Source of the DNA: Acidimicrobiia bacterium
GTDB taxonomy: Bacteria; Actinomycetota; Acidimicrobiia; Acidimicrobiales; Bin134
Direction: 5' to 3'
Length of the DNA: 64,000 bases
NCBI GenBank assembly: GCA_022827725.1
Contig: JAJEIJ010000028.1
Location: forward strand, 8,795-72,794
Shown here: positions 29,164 to 41,600 of the stretch, piece after piece
How the letters are laid out: the number at the start of each line of letters is the position of its first letter
Numbering within the stretch: position 1 is the first letter of the stretch
Translations under genes and position numbers: made by a program
Notes under the pieces: generated by a model
Told to the model about the DNA's origin: nothing
The model's input: the letters and a program-made list of their open reading frames with translations, nothing else
Database searches by the model: none

Positions 29164-30930
29164 ATGAGCGACGCCATTCGATACGAGGCCAACGACCACT
29201 GCCCTTCGGGGGTTGCTGCCGTCGCTGGTCTTCAGGGCGTGGTGCTGGCGCTGGCGCCGATCGTGTCGATTGTGGTGGTCACCGCCCGGGCGGGGGGCCA
29301 AGACGCCGGTTATTTCTCGTGGTCGCTGTTCGCGGCGATGATCATCGCCGGGGTGCTGACTGCGGTGCAGGCCAGCCGATTCCGGCGCTTCGGCGCCGGG
29401 CACATCCTGATCATGGGCCCCACCCCGAACTTCATCGCCATCTCGGTGTTGGCCTTGGCCGAGGGCGGCCCGAAACTGTTGGCCAGCCTTACCGTGGTGG
29501 CCTCGCTGTTCTACCTGGTGCTGGCCTTCTGGCTACCGTTCATGCGCCGGGTTATCACCCCGGTGGTCACCGGCACGGTCCTCCTGCTGATCGCCGGCAC
29601 CGTCTTGCCGGTGGCACTCGACCGGGTGGAAGAGGTGCCTGCCGACGCGCCCGAGGCCGCGGGACCGACCATTGCCTTCTTGACGCTGGCGGTATGCACC
29701 CTGCTGTACATGCGGGCATCGGGAGCAGGGCGATTGTGGTCACCGCTCATTGGGATCGTCTTCGGGAGCGTGGTTGCCGTGCTGTTCGGTGCCTACGAGG
29801 TCAGCCCGGTTGGCGATGCGGCCTGGGTGGGCATCCCCGACTCTGGCGGCTTCCCCGGATTCGATCTGACCCCGGGGGCAGGTTTCTGGTCGCTTCTGCC
29901 CGCGTTCGTGGTGGTAACACTGGCAGGCGGGGTCAAGAACGTGAGCGACAGCGTAGCCATACAGCAGGCCTCCTCGCTTCGCCCCCAAGTTCCCGATTTC
30001 CGGCTGGTTCAAGGCTCCCTGAATACCAACGGCCTGGGCATCTTGTCGGCTGGCATCTTCGGCATTCCACCCACCTCCGTCTACTCGGGTACCAGCGTGT
30101 CGCTCATCAGCTTCACCGGGGTGGGGGCTCGCCGCATCGGCTATGTCATCGGCGGCACTCTGCTTGCTCTGGCCTTTCTGCCCAAGCTGACCGCGTTCTT
30201 GCTGACCCTTCCCAGCCCAGTGGTGGCCGCCTATCTATTGGTGACCATTGCCCTGCTGTTTGTGAGCGGTATCCGCACGGTGGTGCAGGACGGGCTCGAC
30301 GGGCAGAAGGCTCTGGTGGTGGGGGTTGCGTTCGCGCTGGGAATGGGACTCGACAACCAGACCATCTTCACCGACCTCCTGGGCCACAAATGGGGCCTGC
30401 TGCTCGACAACGGCATGCTGATGGGGGCATTGGCCGCGTTGGCGATGGTCGTGTTCTTGGACCTGACCAGCCCGCAGCGGCACAGCCGCTTGGAAGTCGA
30501 CCTGAGCGTCTCGTCGCTTCCTGAGATCGATCGGTTCCTGCAAGAACTGGCGGCCAGGAACGGCTGGGACGAGGCTTCTGCCCAGCGGCTGCGCTCCGCC
30601 GGAGAGGAGGCCCTGCTGAGCCTGGTGCAACCCGATGAGGCCGGCGAAGAGCTGCTGACCAGCCTGATGCAGCCCGAGGCGGATGCCGAGGAGGCCGCCC
30701 GGTTGATCATCCAGGCCCGCCCCGAGGCCGCAATTGTGGAGATGGAGTTTCTCGCCGTGTTCAACGAGGAGAACCTCGAGGACCGGTTGGCATACCTGTC
30801 CGAAGAGGCCGAGGGCTTGCAGGAGGGGGATGTGTCGCTTCGCCTGCTTCGCCACTACTCCTCGTCGGTCCATCACCAGAAGTACCACGGGCTGGACATC
30901 GTGACCGTGCAGGTCCGAGGCTCGCGGTAG
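29164..30930 (+). CDS. NCS2 / xanthine-uracil permease-family (SLC23-like) transporter with a C-terminal cytoplasmic domain of about 155 aa and unknown function
   Basis: 588-aa ORF. The multi-TM core has family-like N-terminal blocks (GLQGVVLALAPIV, GAGHILIMGPTPNFIAI). The soluble tail spans 30463-30927. Confidence 0.8.
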   Translation: MSDAIRYEANDHCPSGVAAVAGLQGVVLALAPIVSIVVVTARAGGQDAGYFSWSLFAAMIIAGVLTAVQASRFRRFGAGHILIMGPTPNFIAISVLALAEGGPKLLASLTVVASLFYLVLAFWLPFMRRVITPVVTGTVLLLIAGTVLPVALDRVEEVPADAPEAAGPTIAFLTLAVCTLLYMRASGAGRLWSPLIGIVFGSVVAVLFGAYEVSPVGDAAWVGIPDSGGFPGFDLTPGAGFWSLLPAFVVVTLAGGVKNVSDSVAIQQASSLRPQVPDFRLVQGSLNTNGLGILSAGIFGIPPTSVYSGTSVSLISFTGVGARRIGYVIGGTLLALAFLPKLTAFLLTLPSPVVAAYLLVTIALLFVSGIRTVVQDGLDGQKALVVGVAFALGMGLDNQTIFTDLLGHKWGLLLDNGMLMGALAALAMVVFLDLTSPQRHSRLEVDLSVSSLPEIDRFLQELAARNGWDEASAQRLRSAGEEALLSLVQPDEAGEELLTSLMQPEADAEEAARLIIQARPEAAIVEMEFLAVFNEENLEDRLAYLSEEAEGLQEGDVSLRLLRHYSSSVHHQKYHGLDIVTVQVRGSR

Positions 30931-30943
30931 CGCAATCAGAATC

Positions 30944-32671
30944 ATGAACGAGGCCATCCGCTACGAGCCCGACGATCCCTGCCCCCCTTTGGTGGCTATT
31001 GCCGTGGGCGCCCAGGGCGTGATGGCCAACATGCTGGGGATTGTGCTGATCGTGGCCATCACCGCACGGGCGGGAGGCCAGGGAGACTCCTATCTGTCGT
31101 GGGCGGTGTTCGCCGCGTTGATCATCTCCGGGACCCTCACCGCCTTGCAGGCCACTCGGATCGGAAGATTCGGCGCCGGCCATGTGCTGCTCATGGGCGT
31201 CACCACCAACTTCGTGGCCATCTCAGTGCTGGCGTTGAACGAGGGAGGGCCGAGCCTGCTGGCCAGCCTCGTGGTGGTGTCCTCGCTGTTCTATCTCCTG
31301 TTGTCGTTCTGGCTGCCCCTGCTGCGCCGGATCATCACCCCGGTGGTCTCCGGCACCGTGCTAATGCTCATCGCCGCCACCGTCTTGCCCATCGCCCTCG
31401 ACCGCGTGCCGGAGGTGCCCGAGGGCACCTCAGATGCCGCCGGCCCGATCATCGCGCTGGTCACGCTGATCGCAACGGTGGTTCTGGCGTTGAAGGTCAC
31501 CGGGGCCTGGCGGCTCTGGTCGCCCATCATCGGCATGGGAGCGGGCTGTGTGGCCGCCGCATTCTTCGGGGCGTTCGACTTCGAGCGCGTCATCGAAGAC
31601 CCCTGGTTCGGCGTCCCCAACAGCGGTGCCCCGGGATTCGACCTGACTCCCGGCGCCGGATTCTGGGCGCTGCTGCCGGTGTTCGTGGTGGTGACGCTGG
31701 TGGGCGGCATCAAGAACATCAGCGACAGCGTCGCCATCCAGCAGGCTTCGTGGCGCCGGCCGCGGGTGACCGACTTCCGGCTGGTGCAGGGCTCGCTCAA
31801 CACCAACGGACTGGGCATCTTCTTCTCCGGCCTGGCCGGGACCCCGCCCACCACCGTCTATTCGTCCAAGAGCGTGCAGCTGACCACCCTGACCGGGGTG
31901 GCCGCCCGCAGCGTGGGGTTCGCCGCCGGGGCGCTGTTCGCCCTGCTGGCATTCTTTCCCAAGCTGACCGCCGTATTGACGGTGATCCCGAGCCCGGTGA
32001 TGGGGGCCTACGTTCTTTCGGCGATCGGGCTCCTGTTCGTGGGGGGCATCCAAACGGTGATGCGCGACGGACTCGACGCCCAGAAGGCGATGGTGGTGGG
32101 GGTGGCGTTCTCGCTGGGGGTCGGGCTGGAGAACCAGACCATATTCGCCGACTTGCTGGGCACCACATGGGGGGCGCTCTTGGACAACGGCGTGATGGTG
32201 GGGGCGGTTGTCTCCGTTGTGCTGACCGTGTTCTTGGATTTGACCAGCCCGCACCGGCCCAGCCGGTTGGCCGTCGAGCTCGACCTCTCCTCGTTGGGGG
32301 AGATCGACGAATTCCTCCAGGGAGTGGCCGATCAGATTGGCTGGAGCAAGGCTTCCAGCCTGCGGCTGCGCTCGGCTGGCGAGGAAACGCTGATGAGCCT
32401 TCTGCGGATGGAGGAGCACCAAACCAGCGACGAAAGCCCTCGTTTGATTATCCAGGCCCGTCCTGATGCCGGTTCAGTGGAGATGGAGTTTCTGGCCGTG
32501 TTCGACGAAGAGAACCTCGAAGACCGGCTGGCGTATTTGAGCGAGGAATCCGAGGGGGTTGAGGAAGGCGAGATCTCGCTTCGCCTGTTGCGGCACTACG
32601 CCTCAACGGTCCACCATCAGAAATACCACGGCCTGGATGTGGTGACGGTTCAGGTCAAAGGCACGGGTTAG
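30944..32671 (+). CDS. Paralogous NCS2 / xanthine-uracil permease-family transporter with the same C-terminal domain
   Basis: 575-aa ORF, collinear with and clearly paralogous to the previous gene (many identical blocks, e.g. RLIIQARP, VEMEFLAVF, ENLEDRLAYLSEE, SLRLLRHY, VHHQKYHGLD). It starts 13 nt after its paralogue. Confidence 0.8.
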   Translation: MNEAIRYEPDDPCPPLVAIAVGAQGVMANMLGIVLIVAITARAGGQGDSYLSWAVFAALIISGTLTALQATRIGRFGAGHVLLMGVTTNFVAISVLALNEGGPSLLASLVVVSSLFYLLLSFWLPLLRRIITPVVSGTVLMLIAATVLPIALDRVPEVPEGTSDAAGPIIALVTLIATVVLALKVTGAWRLWSPIIGMGAGCVAAAFFGAFDFERVIEDPWFGVPNSGAPGFDLTPGAGFWALLPVFVVVTLVGGIKNISDSVAIQQASWRRPRVTDFRLVQGSLNTNGLGIFFSGLAGTPPTTVYSSKSVQLTTLTGVAARSVGFAAGALFALLAFFPKLTAVLTVIPSPVMGAYVLSAIGLLFVGGIQTVMRDGLDAQKAMVVGVAFSLGVGLENQTIFADLLGTTWGALLDNGVMVGAVVSVVLTVFLDLTSPHRPSRLAVELDLSSLGEIDEFLQGVADQIGWSKASSLRLRSAGEETLMSLLRMEEHQTSDESPRLIIQARPDAGSVEMEFLAVFDEENLEDRLAYLSEESEGVEEGEISLRLLRHYASTVHHQKYHGLDVVTVQVKGTG

Positions 32672-32690
32672 CCTCGGCGTAGGAGAGAGC

Positions 32691-35600
32691 ATGGCTTCGC
32701 GAACAGGGGAATCCATCGCGGTTGTCGGGATGGCCTGCCGGTTTCCCGGTGCTGGCAACTTGTCGGAGTTCTGGCGTTTGCTGGAAACGGGTCAGAACGC
32801 AGTAAGCGAGGGGGTTCCCGGCTCTGGTGTGGGGCGAATCGGAGAGCTATTCCGAGATGCCGACGTTCAGAATGATGCCTGTCGATTCGCCGGATTCATC
32901 AGCGGCATCGACCAATTCGATGCCTCGTTCTTCCGGATCTCGCCGGTTGAGGCCCAGCTGCTGGATCCCCAGCAGCGTCTGATGCTGGAAACGAGCTGGC
33001 AGGCCCTTGAGGACGCGGGAATCAACCCCGATCAACTTCGCGGCAGCCGCACCGGGGTGTATGCCGGGATCAGCAACTACGACTACCGCGCCCTGATCTT
33101 GGCCAACAGCGCCTCCGCCGAGGCGGCGGTCAGCCTGTATTCGGTGAGCGGCACATCCTTCAACACCGCCATCGGACGAGTGGCCTTTGCCTTGGGGCTG
33201 CAAGGTCCGGCGCTGGCGGTGGACACCGCCTGCTCCTCTTCGCTGACCGCGGTCCATCAGGCGGTATCGGGGCTCCAGCGGGGAGAGGCCGACCTGGCCC
33301 TGGCCGGAGGGGTACACGTGATCCTGTCGGGTCGGCTGTTCGAATTGCGGGGCAATGCCGGGATGCTGGCCCCCGATGGGAAGTGCAAGACGTTTGACGC
33401 TGCGGCCGACGGATATGTGCGAGGCGAGGGCTGCGGCATCCTGGTGCTGAAGCGGCTGAGCGATGCCGAGGCCGACGGAGACCGGATCTGGGGCGTGATC
33501 TTGGGGTCAGCGCTGAACCAGGACGGCGCCAGCACCGGGTTGACCGTGCCCAATGGGGTGGCCCAAAAACTGGTGATCACCGAGGCGTTGGCCCGGTCGG
33601 GGGTTCAGCCTTCTGAGGTGGACTACCTGGAGGCGCACGGCACCGGAACCCCAGTGGGTGACCCCATTGAGTTGGAGGCTGCCGTTGGTGCCTATTGCCA
33701 AGAGCGCGACGCCGATCAACCGCTGCTCATCGGGTCGGTGAAGACCAACGTCGGCCACTTGGAGCCAGCCGCCGGTGTGGCCGGCCTGGTCAAGGTGATG
33801 TTGTCGATGAAGCAGGGGGTGATCCCCCCGCACCTGCACTATGAGAATCCGACCCCGGCGATCGACTGGGACCAGGTGCCGCTAAAGGTGACGGCTGAGC
33901 CCACCCCCTGGCCGAACCGCTCCGACCGCATGGCTATCGCCGGGGTGAGCGGGTTCGGCTGGTCGGGCACCAACGCCCACGTCATCGTGGAGGCCTACGG
34001 GGTGGGCGACTGCGAACCAGCCCAGCCCGGCGAGGAACGGTGGCCGACAGGTCCTCCTCGGTCTATTGCCGTCGCCACCGCGGATGACGCAGCGGCCATG
34101 CCGGTGGACGCCCCTGCCATGGTGCGCCCTGCGAGGCTGCTGCCCTTCTCGGCGAAGTCGGACAAAGCTCTGAAGGAGCTTGCCCAGGGCTATCTCGAGT
34201 GGTTAGACGACGATATCGGTCCCCCGTCGAGGGAGGTGCTGGCTGACACTGCCTGGACGGCCGGGATCGGCCGCAGCCATTTCTCCCATCGGGCCGGCGT
34301 GGTGTTCACCGACGCCGAGTCGCTGCGGGACAAGCTCGATGCGCTGGTGGAATCTGGTGATGAGGTGGCCGGGTCTTCGGTCGCACCAAAGGTGGCCTTT
34401 GCCTACACCGGGCAGGGCAGCCAGTGGGTGGGCATGGGGGAGTCGCTCTACCAGAGCGAGCCGGTGGTGCGGGCGATCTTGGATCGTTGCGAGGAGGTGT
34501 TTCGCCACGAGCGGGGCACGTCGCTGCTGGCGGTGATGTTCGGGTGGCCCGACGCCGACGGAGACCTGGACGATCCGGCGTGGACGCAGCCCGCCATATA
34601 CGCGTTGGAGTGTGCGCTCACCGCACTGTGGTCGAGCCTGGGGGTTCGGCCCCATGCGGTGGTGGGGCACAGCCTGGGGGAGATCGCGGCGGCTCACACC
34701 GCGGGCGTGCTCAGCCTGGAGGACGGCCTTCGCTTTGCCGCTGGGCGGGGCAAGCTCATGTCGGAGCTGCCAGAGCCCGGCGCGATGGCCGCAGTGTTCG
34801 CCCCGGCATCGGTGCTGGTCGCCGCAGTGGAGGAGCAATGCGCCGCCTCGGGTGACTCGCGGCTGTCCATTGCCGCCGACAACGGGGCCCACCTGATGGT
34901 GAGCGGACCGACCGCCGATGTTGAGGCGCTGCTAGGGCGCTTCGAGGCCGACGAGGTCAGGGTCCGGCGACTGGAGAAGAGCGCCGGATACCACAGCGCC
35001 ATGGTGGAACCGATTCTGGACGGCATTGAGGGGCTGCTCACCGAGCTTGCGGTGGGCGCGCCTTCGCTCACCGTGGTGAGCAGCATGACGGGCCAAGTGC
35101 TGAAAGATGGCCAAGCGATGGACGGGGCGTATTGGCGTCGCCAGGCCCGCCAGCCGGTGGAGTTTCGGAACAGTGTGCAGGCGCTGGCCAAATTGGAGGT
35201 GGACGCGGTTATCGAAGTCGGCCCCGGGGCGGTGCTCGGCCCCATGACGGTTCTGTCCTGGCCCGCCCAGGCCGCGGTGGCCGAGCCGATTGCAGTGTCG
35301 AGCATGAAGCGGCCCTCGGATCGAACACCGACCCCCGAGGATGGCTGCGGATTCCTCGACGCGGTGGTGGGGGCGTACCAGTCCGGGCTCGATATCAGCT
35401 TTGAGGGCCTGTACGGAGGCGAGTCCCGACGCCGCCTATCGCTTCCGGGCTACCCGTTCCAGCGCCAGCGCCACTGGGTGGAAGCCGCAAAACGCCGTCG
35501 ATCCGGCGAGGGGCACCCATTGCTCGGCATTTGCCACGAATCCCCCCGAGGCGAGCTTCAGTTTGAGACGGAAATGGATCCCTCCGATCCGCAGTGGCTG

Positions 35601-38600
35601 AGTGACCACCGGGTGTATGGGCAGGTGATCACACCGGGCGCGCTGTACGGAACCATGGCGGTCTCGGCGCTGGCTGCCAATGGAAACGGTCGGCCATCAA
35701 CCCCAACCGGCCGCAGCTTTGTGGTGGAAGATCTCCAGCTGCTCAGCCCGATGGTCTTTCCTGAGCCGGACTCCGATGAAGGGGCGGCGCCCGAGGGTCG
35801 CCAAGTGCAGTTCGTTTTGGACGAGGCCGATCCGAGGGCGCCCGCTCGATTCGAGATCTACAGCCGGGGCCCGGGTGAGGACGGATGGACGCGGCACGCC
35901 GAGGGCCTGGCCCATTCGGAGGCCGGGCGGATTGAGGGGGCCGAAAGCGTCGACTTGGATGGACTGAAGGCCGGGTTGGAACCCAGAGACGTCTCAGAGT
36001 TCTACCGCTCTCGTACGGGCGCAGGGGTCGAGCTCGGTACGCCGTTTCGCACCCTGCGGGTGCTGTGGGCCTCCCAAGGCGAAGCGGTGGGCGAATTGTC
36101 GCTGCCCGAGACCATTGACCGAGGCGGCATCGAAGTGCATCCGCTGCTCTTGGACGGCTGCTTCCAGGTCATGGCCGAGGCTCGCAGTGGGGCCGGAGGC
36201 GATGACGGGGTGGCCTATCTGCCCTTCGGATGGGAGCGCTTGTGGCTCACCGGACCCATGCCCGACCAGTTGGTATGCCATGCGCGGCTGAAGGAAGCCG
36301 CCGAACCGTCAGAGGGAACACCTGAGGTTCTTACCGGAGACCTGGTGTTCTACGACCAGCGCGGCACCGTGCTCGGGGGTTTGAGCGGCTATACGGTGAA
36401 GAGGGCCACGCGGGCCGCGCTGTTGTCGGCCGCCGGGAGCCTCGACGATCTCCTCTATGAAATCGTCTGGCGAGACAGCCCTCTCGCCCCAGGGATATTG
36501 CCGGCCGATTTCCTGCCCCCACCGAGTGCCATTGCCGCGGGCTCAGAGCCGTTCACCCAGTACCTGGCGGCAGAGGGGGTTGAGGCCGAGAGCCGGGCCG
36601 GGTTTCTGGCCGACCTCGAGCGGCTGGCGTGGTCGTACGCCCGTTTGGCCCTGGATCGGCTGGGGTGGGTGCGCACCGCGGGCGACACGGTGGTGCCCGA
36701 TGAACTGAGGGAGCAGTTGGGGGTTGCCCCCGAGCATGGACGCCTGTTCCGCCGGATGCTCGAGATGATGGCCAAAGCCGGCGCGCTGGAGGAAGTAGGC
36801 GACGAGTTCACCGTGAATGTCGGCTCCGATGATCCCCTGCCCGAGGTGCTGGCCGGCGATCCGGCGGCCCGGGCCGACTGGATGGAGGGCCAGTACCCGC
36901 ACGGAACCATGGAGATCGGGCTGTTCCGGCGATGCGCCGGGGCATTGGCCGAGGTGGTTGTGGGCAACGCCGATCCGCTGACCCTGCTGTTTGGCAGCGG
37001 TGAGCCCAGCGCCGCCGATCTGTACATCAAGGCGCCGATGGCCCAGGCCTCAAACCGGATGCTGGGCGACGCGGTGGCAGCGCTGCTGGCCGAGTTGCCG
37101 GAGGGCCGACGGCTGCGCGTGCTGGAGGTGGGAGCGGGCACCGGGTCGGCGACGGCGTCGGTGCTGCCCGAGCTTCCCGCCGGGCGCTTCGACTACACCT
37201 ACACCGACATCTCGGCCGGTTTTTTCGCCGAGGCGGAGAGGCGATTCGGCGGTGCGGAGGCGTCGATCGACTACCGGGTGCTGGACATCGAGGTCGACCC
37301 CGTGGAGCAGGGCTTCGACCGCCACGGCTACGACCTGGTCATTGCTTCCAATGTGCTGCACGCCACCCGGTTCCTGGATGAGACGCTGGGGAATTGTCGA
37401 CGGCTGCTCGCGCCATCGGGCCATCTGGTGGCGTTGGAGACCCTCCGCGGCCTGGGCTGGCTGGACCTTTCTTTCGGACCGCTCGACGGTTGGTGGCGGT
37501 TTGCCGACCACTATCGCCCCCACCACGCCCTGACCAGCCCCGACGTATGGCTTCGGGCGCTGGGAGACTCCGGTTTCCCGGCGGCAGAGGTCTTGGGCGT
37601 GGACCCGCCTGACACCGGCCGACAGCCTGATCGCGGGGTGATTGTGGCCCAGGGACCCGCGGAGGTGAGCGAGCAGCCCGGCGTATGGATCTTGGCATCG
37701 GATTCTGGTGATTCAGCCGAGAACCTCGCGCAGGAGTTGGCGGCCCGGAACCAGACGGTGGCGCTGGTTGGCGATGGCGCTCCGATCAATGATCAGCCCC
37801 TGCTGGACGAGCCCGGAGTTGTCCGGGTTTCCCTGGCGATGAGCCAACGGGAGTCGTGGCAGTCATTCTTCGAAGGACTTTCCCCTGATGCCGCAGTCCG
37901 CGGCGTTGTCCACCTGGTGTCGCTGGACGGCCGGGGGTCGCAGGCCGGCACCGAGCAGCTTGCGGAAGACGCAGCGCAGGCTGGCAAGAGCGCGCTGGCT
38001 TTGTTGCAGGGGATGGGTGATGCCGACGCCGCTCCCGCAAACGGGGTTTGGCTGGTGACCCAGGGGGCCCAAGTGCTGGAGCACGAGCCCGCCGAGGGCA
38101 TCGCCGGGGCCATGCTCTGGGGCCTTGGGAAGGTGGTGGGCCGCGAAGCGCCTCACCTCAACCCCAGGATGATCGATTTGGATCCTGGCGGTGTGGTGCC
38201 GCTCTCCGACCTGGCCAATGAGCTGCTCTATCCCGACGCGGAAACCCACATCGCCTACCGCCAAGGACTGCGCCAGGCGGCCCGGCTGGACCGGGCTGGT
38301 GTGGGGTCGGGTCGCCCGAATCTGCCTGATCCGGCAGGAGAAGTGAGCTGGTTGCTGGCCGCCGACTCTGGCGGTGCCCTGGAAGGGGTCAAGCCGGAGC
38401 CCCGCCCGCCGGCGGCGCTGGATGGCCGGGGGGTCCGAGTGGCGGTGGAAGCCGCCGGGCTCAACTTCTTGGACATGTTCCGCTCGTTGGGCGTCATCGG
38501 GGCGGGCTTGTTGGGCGAGGAGTTCTGCGGCCGGGTGGTTGAGGTGGGCGACGACGTGTCCACAGTCTCAGTGGGCGACCGAGTGGCCGGATTGGGGTTC

Positions 38601-41600
38601 GGCACGCTGGGCTCCGAGGTGGTCACCACCGAGGAGTTGGTGGCGCTGGCCCCCTCGGGCATTTCGCCCGCGGCGCTGGCCACGTTGCCCACCGTCTTTG
38701 TTACGTCTGCGCTGTCTTTCGATCTCGCCGACCTGAAGGCGGGCGAGCGGGTGCTGATCCACGCTGGGACGGGAGGGGTGGGGCTGGCCGCGGTGCAGTT
38801 GGCCCAGGCGGCGGGGGCCGAGGTGTTCGCCACCACGAGCGCTCCGAAACAGGCGTATCTGCGGTCGCTGGGCGTGGAACACGTATTCGACAGCCGTCGG
38901 ACTGATTTCGCGGAGGGAATTCTCGAAGCCACCGGGGGCGCGGGCGTCCACGTGGTGCTCAACAGCCTTACCGGCCCTGGCTTCATCGACGCCAGCCTGT
39001 CCTGCCTGGCTCAAGGCGGCCGCTTCGTGGAGTTGGCCCGGGTGGACATCCTCAGCGAAGAGGAGATGGCCGCGGCCCGGCCCGACGTGGGCTACTGGAT
39101 CTTGGAGCTCGACGTTCTCAAAGAAGAGAATCCCGCAGTACCCGGAGACGCCCTCCGGCGCGTGGTGGCCCGGGTGGCAGCCGGCGAGCTGGAACCGCTG
39201 GTACACACTCGGTGGTCGCTGGCCGAAGCGGGTTCGGCGATGAAGTACATGCAGGCCGCCCGGCACATTGGCAAGCTGGTTCTGGCCGGTTCCCCTCTTG
39301 AGACGGGACGGTTGAGGGACGACCGGACCTATCTGGTGACCGGCGGCCTGGGAGGCATTGGCTGCCCGGTTGCTGGCTGGCTGGCCGGCCGAGGCGCGGG
39401 GGCCATCGTGTTGAACGGGCGGCGGCCCCCCGATCCCGAGGCGGAGGAGGCGATCAGCGAGCTCCGTCGACAGGGAGTGGCGGTGGAGATTGAACTGGCC
39501 GATGTGACCGACCCGTCGGCCATAAACCAGATGCTGGCCAGGATCGACGCCGATCTGCCGCCGCTCGGGGGTGTTATCCACAGCGTGGGCGTGCTGTCCG
39601 ACGGTGCGCTCACCAACCAGACCTGGGAGAAGTTCGAGGAGGTGCTGTGGCCGAAGATTTTGGGGGCCTGGCATCTGCATCGGGCCACTGAAGGCCGCGA
39701 TCTCGATCTGTTCGTGTTGTTCTCCAGTGTGGCCGGGGTCTTGGGCAATTCAGGTCAGTCGAACCACGCCGCCGCCAATGCGTTCTTGGACCAGCTCGCC
39801 GCCCACCGCCGTTCACTGGGCCTGCCCGGGCAGTCGATTGCCTGGGGAGCGTGGTCGGGGCTGGGTGAGGCCGAGGAGCACCGGGAGCGGATTGCGGGGC
39901 AACTCGAAGCAGCGGGCACGGGGTGGCTCACCCCCGAGCAGGGATTGAAGGCGTTCGACCATCTGGTGCGCCAAGACGTGACCATGGGCATGGTGGCGGC
40001 GGTGGACTGGCAGGTGGTCTCCGAAGGCCCCGACGCCCGATCGCTCTTCTTGGAGGATCTGCTGTCGGCTGATGCGTCTGGCGAATCCCAGGAATCGTCG
40101 GTCGATCTGTTGGACGACCTCAGGAATGCCGCCGCCGCGGAGCGCGAGGAGAAGTTGGTCGCACACCTGCAACGAGAGCTGCAAGCCGTGATGCGGTTGC
40201 CCGACCTGCCGAATGAATCGGCTGTGTTCGCCGACCTGGGCATGGACTCGCTGATGGTGGTGGAACTGCGGAACCGGCTGAACCGGGCGTTCGCCGGCGA
40301 GTACACCGTGTCGAACACCGCGATCTTCGACTACCCGGACGTCACCGGACTGGCCCGACACTTGTCTCTGGAGTTCGGACAGGCCGGCGAAGTGGCCGAA
40401 CCCCGGGAAGCAGCCGAGGCATCCCGGCCCCGGGTTGCCCAGTCGGACGACGAGGGGATCGCCATCGTTGGCATGGCCTGTCGGTTCCCCGGTGCCGAGG
40501 ACCTATCGGCCTTTTGGCGCCTGCTGGAGGCCGGCGAGAACACGGTTACCGACGGACGCCAAGACGGCGGTTCATGGGACGGAGTCCTCGGCGATCCGGC
40601 CGCCGGCGATGCCGTCTACCGCAGGGGTTCGTTCATCGAGGGACTCGACGCCTTTGATCCTCAGTTCTTCCGGGTTGCGCCGAGAGAGGCGTGGTCGATT
40701 GATCCGCTCCAGAGGCTATTGCTGGAGACCAGCTGGCAGGCGGTTGAGGATGCCGCTATCGATCCCGAACGTCTGAAGGGAAGCCGCAGCGGGCTGTACA
40801 TCGGTCTCGGTGTCAGCGAATACCGGGGCGTGATCCAGAGGAGCGGTCGAGCTGGGGGCCATCTCAACACCGCGGGAAGCGTGACCGTGGGAAAGGTGGC
40901 GTTCTCGCTGGGCATCGAGGGACCGGCAGTGCCGCTGGACTTGGCCTGCGCGTCGTCGCTGTTTGCCGTACACCAAGCGGTGGAGGGCCTTCGGAGAGGG
41001 GAGACCGACATCGCCCTGGTGGGGGGCGTGAACGCCATCTTGTCTACTGCGGTCACCAATGCGCTGGTCGAGGTCGACATGCTGTCGTCGCAGGGGCAGT
41101 GCAAGTCGTTTGACGCCTCGGCCGACGGCTATGTCCGCGGCGAGGGTTGTGGCGTGGTGGTGCTGAAGCGGTTGAGCGATGCCGAGGCCGACGGCGATCG
41201 GATCTGGGGGGTTGTCCGAGGGTCGGCGGTGAGCCAGACCGGGGCGGGTCTTGCCGTCACTGTCCCCAGCGGCCGGGCCCAGGAGCGGGTCATGGTGGAG
41301 GCGCTGGCCCGGGCTGGCATCTCAGCGGATGAGGTGGACTATGTGGAAGCACATGGAGCAGGCACCGCAGTGGGCGATGCAGTGGAGGCCAGCGCCATTG
41401 CCGCCGTCTATGGCCAGGGGCGCGAGGAAGACCGCCCGGTATGGATCGGATCGGTGAAGACCAACATCGGGCACCTTGAGGGCGCGGCCGGGATGGCCAG
41501 CTTGATCAAGGTGGTGCTGGGGATGAGGCATGGGACGCTGCCCAGGCACCTGCACTTCAGCGAGCCGAGTCCCGAGATCGATTGGGCGAGGATGCCGCTG

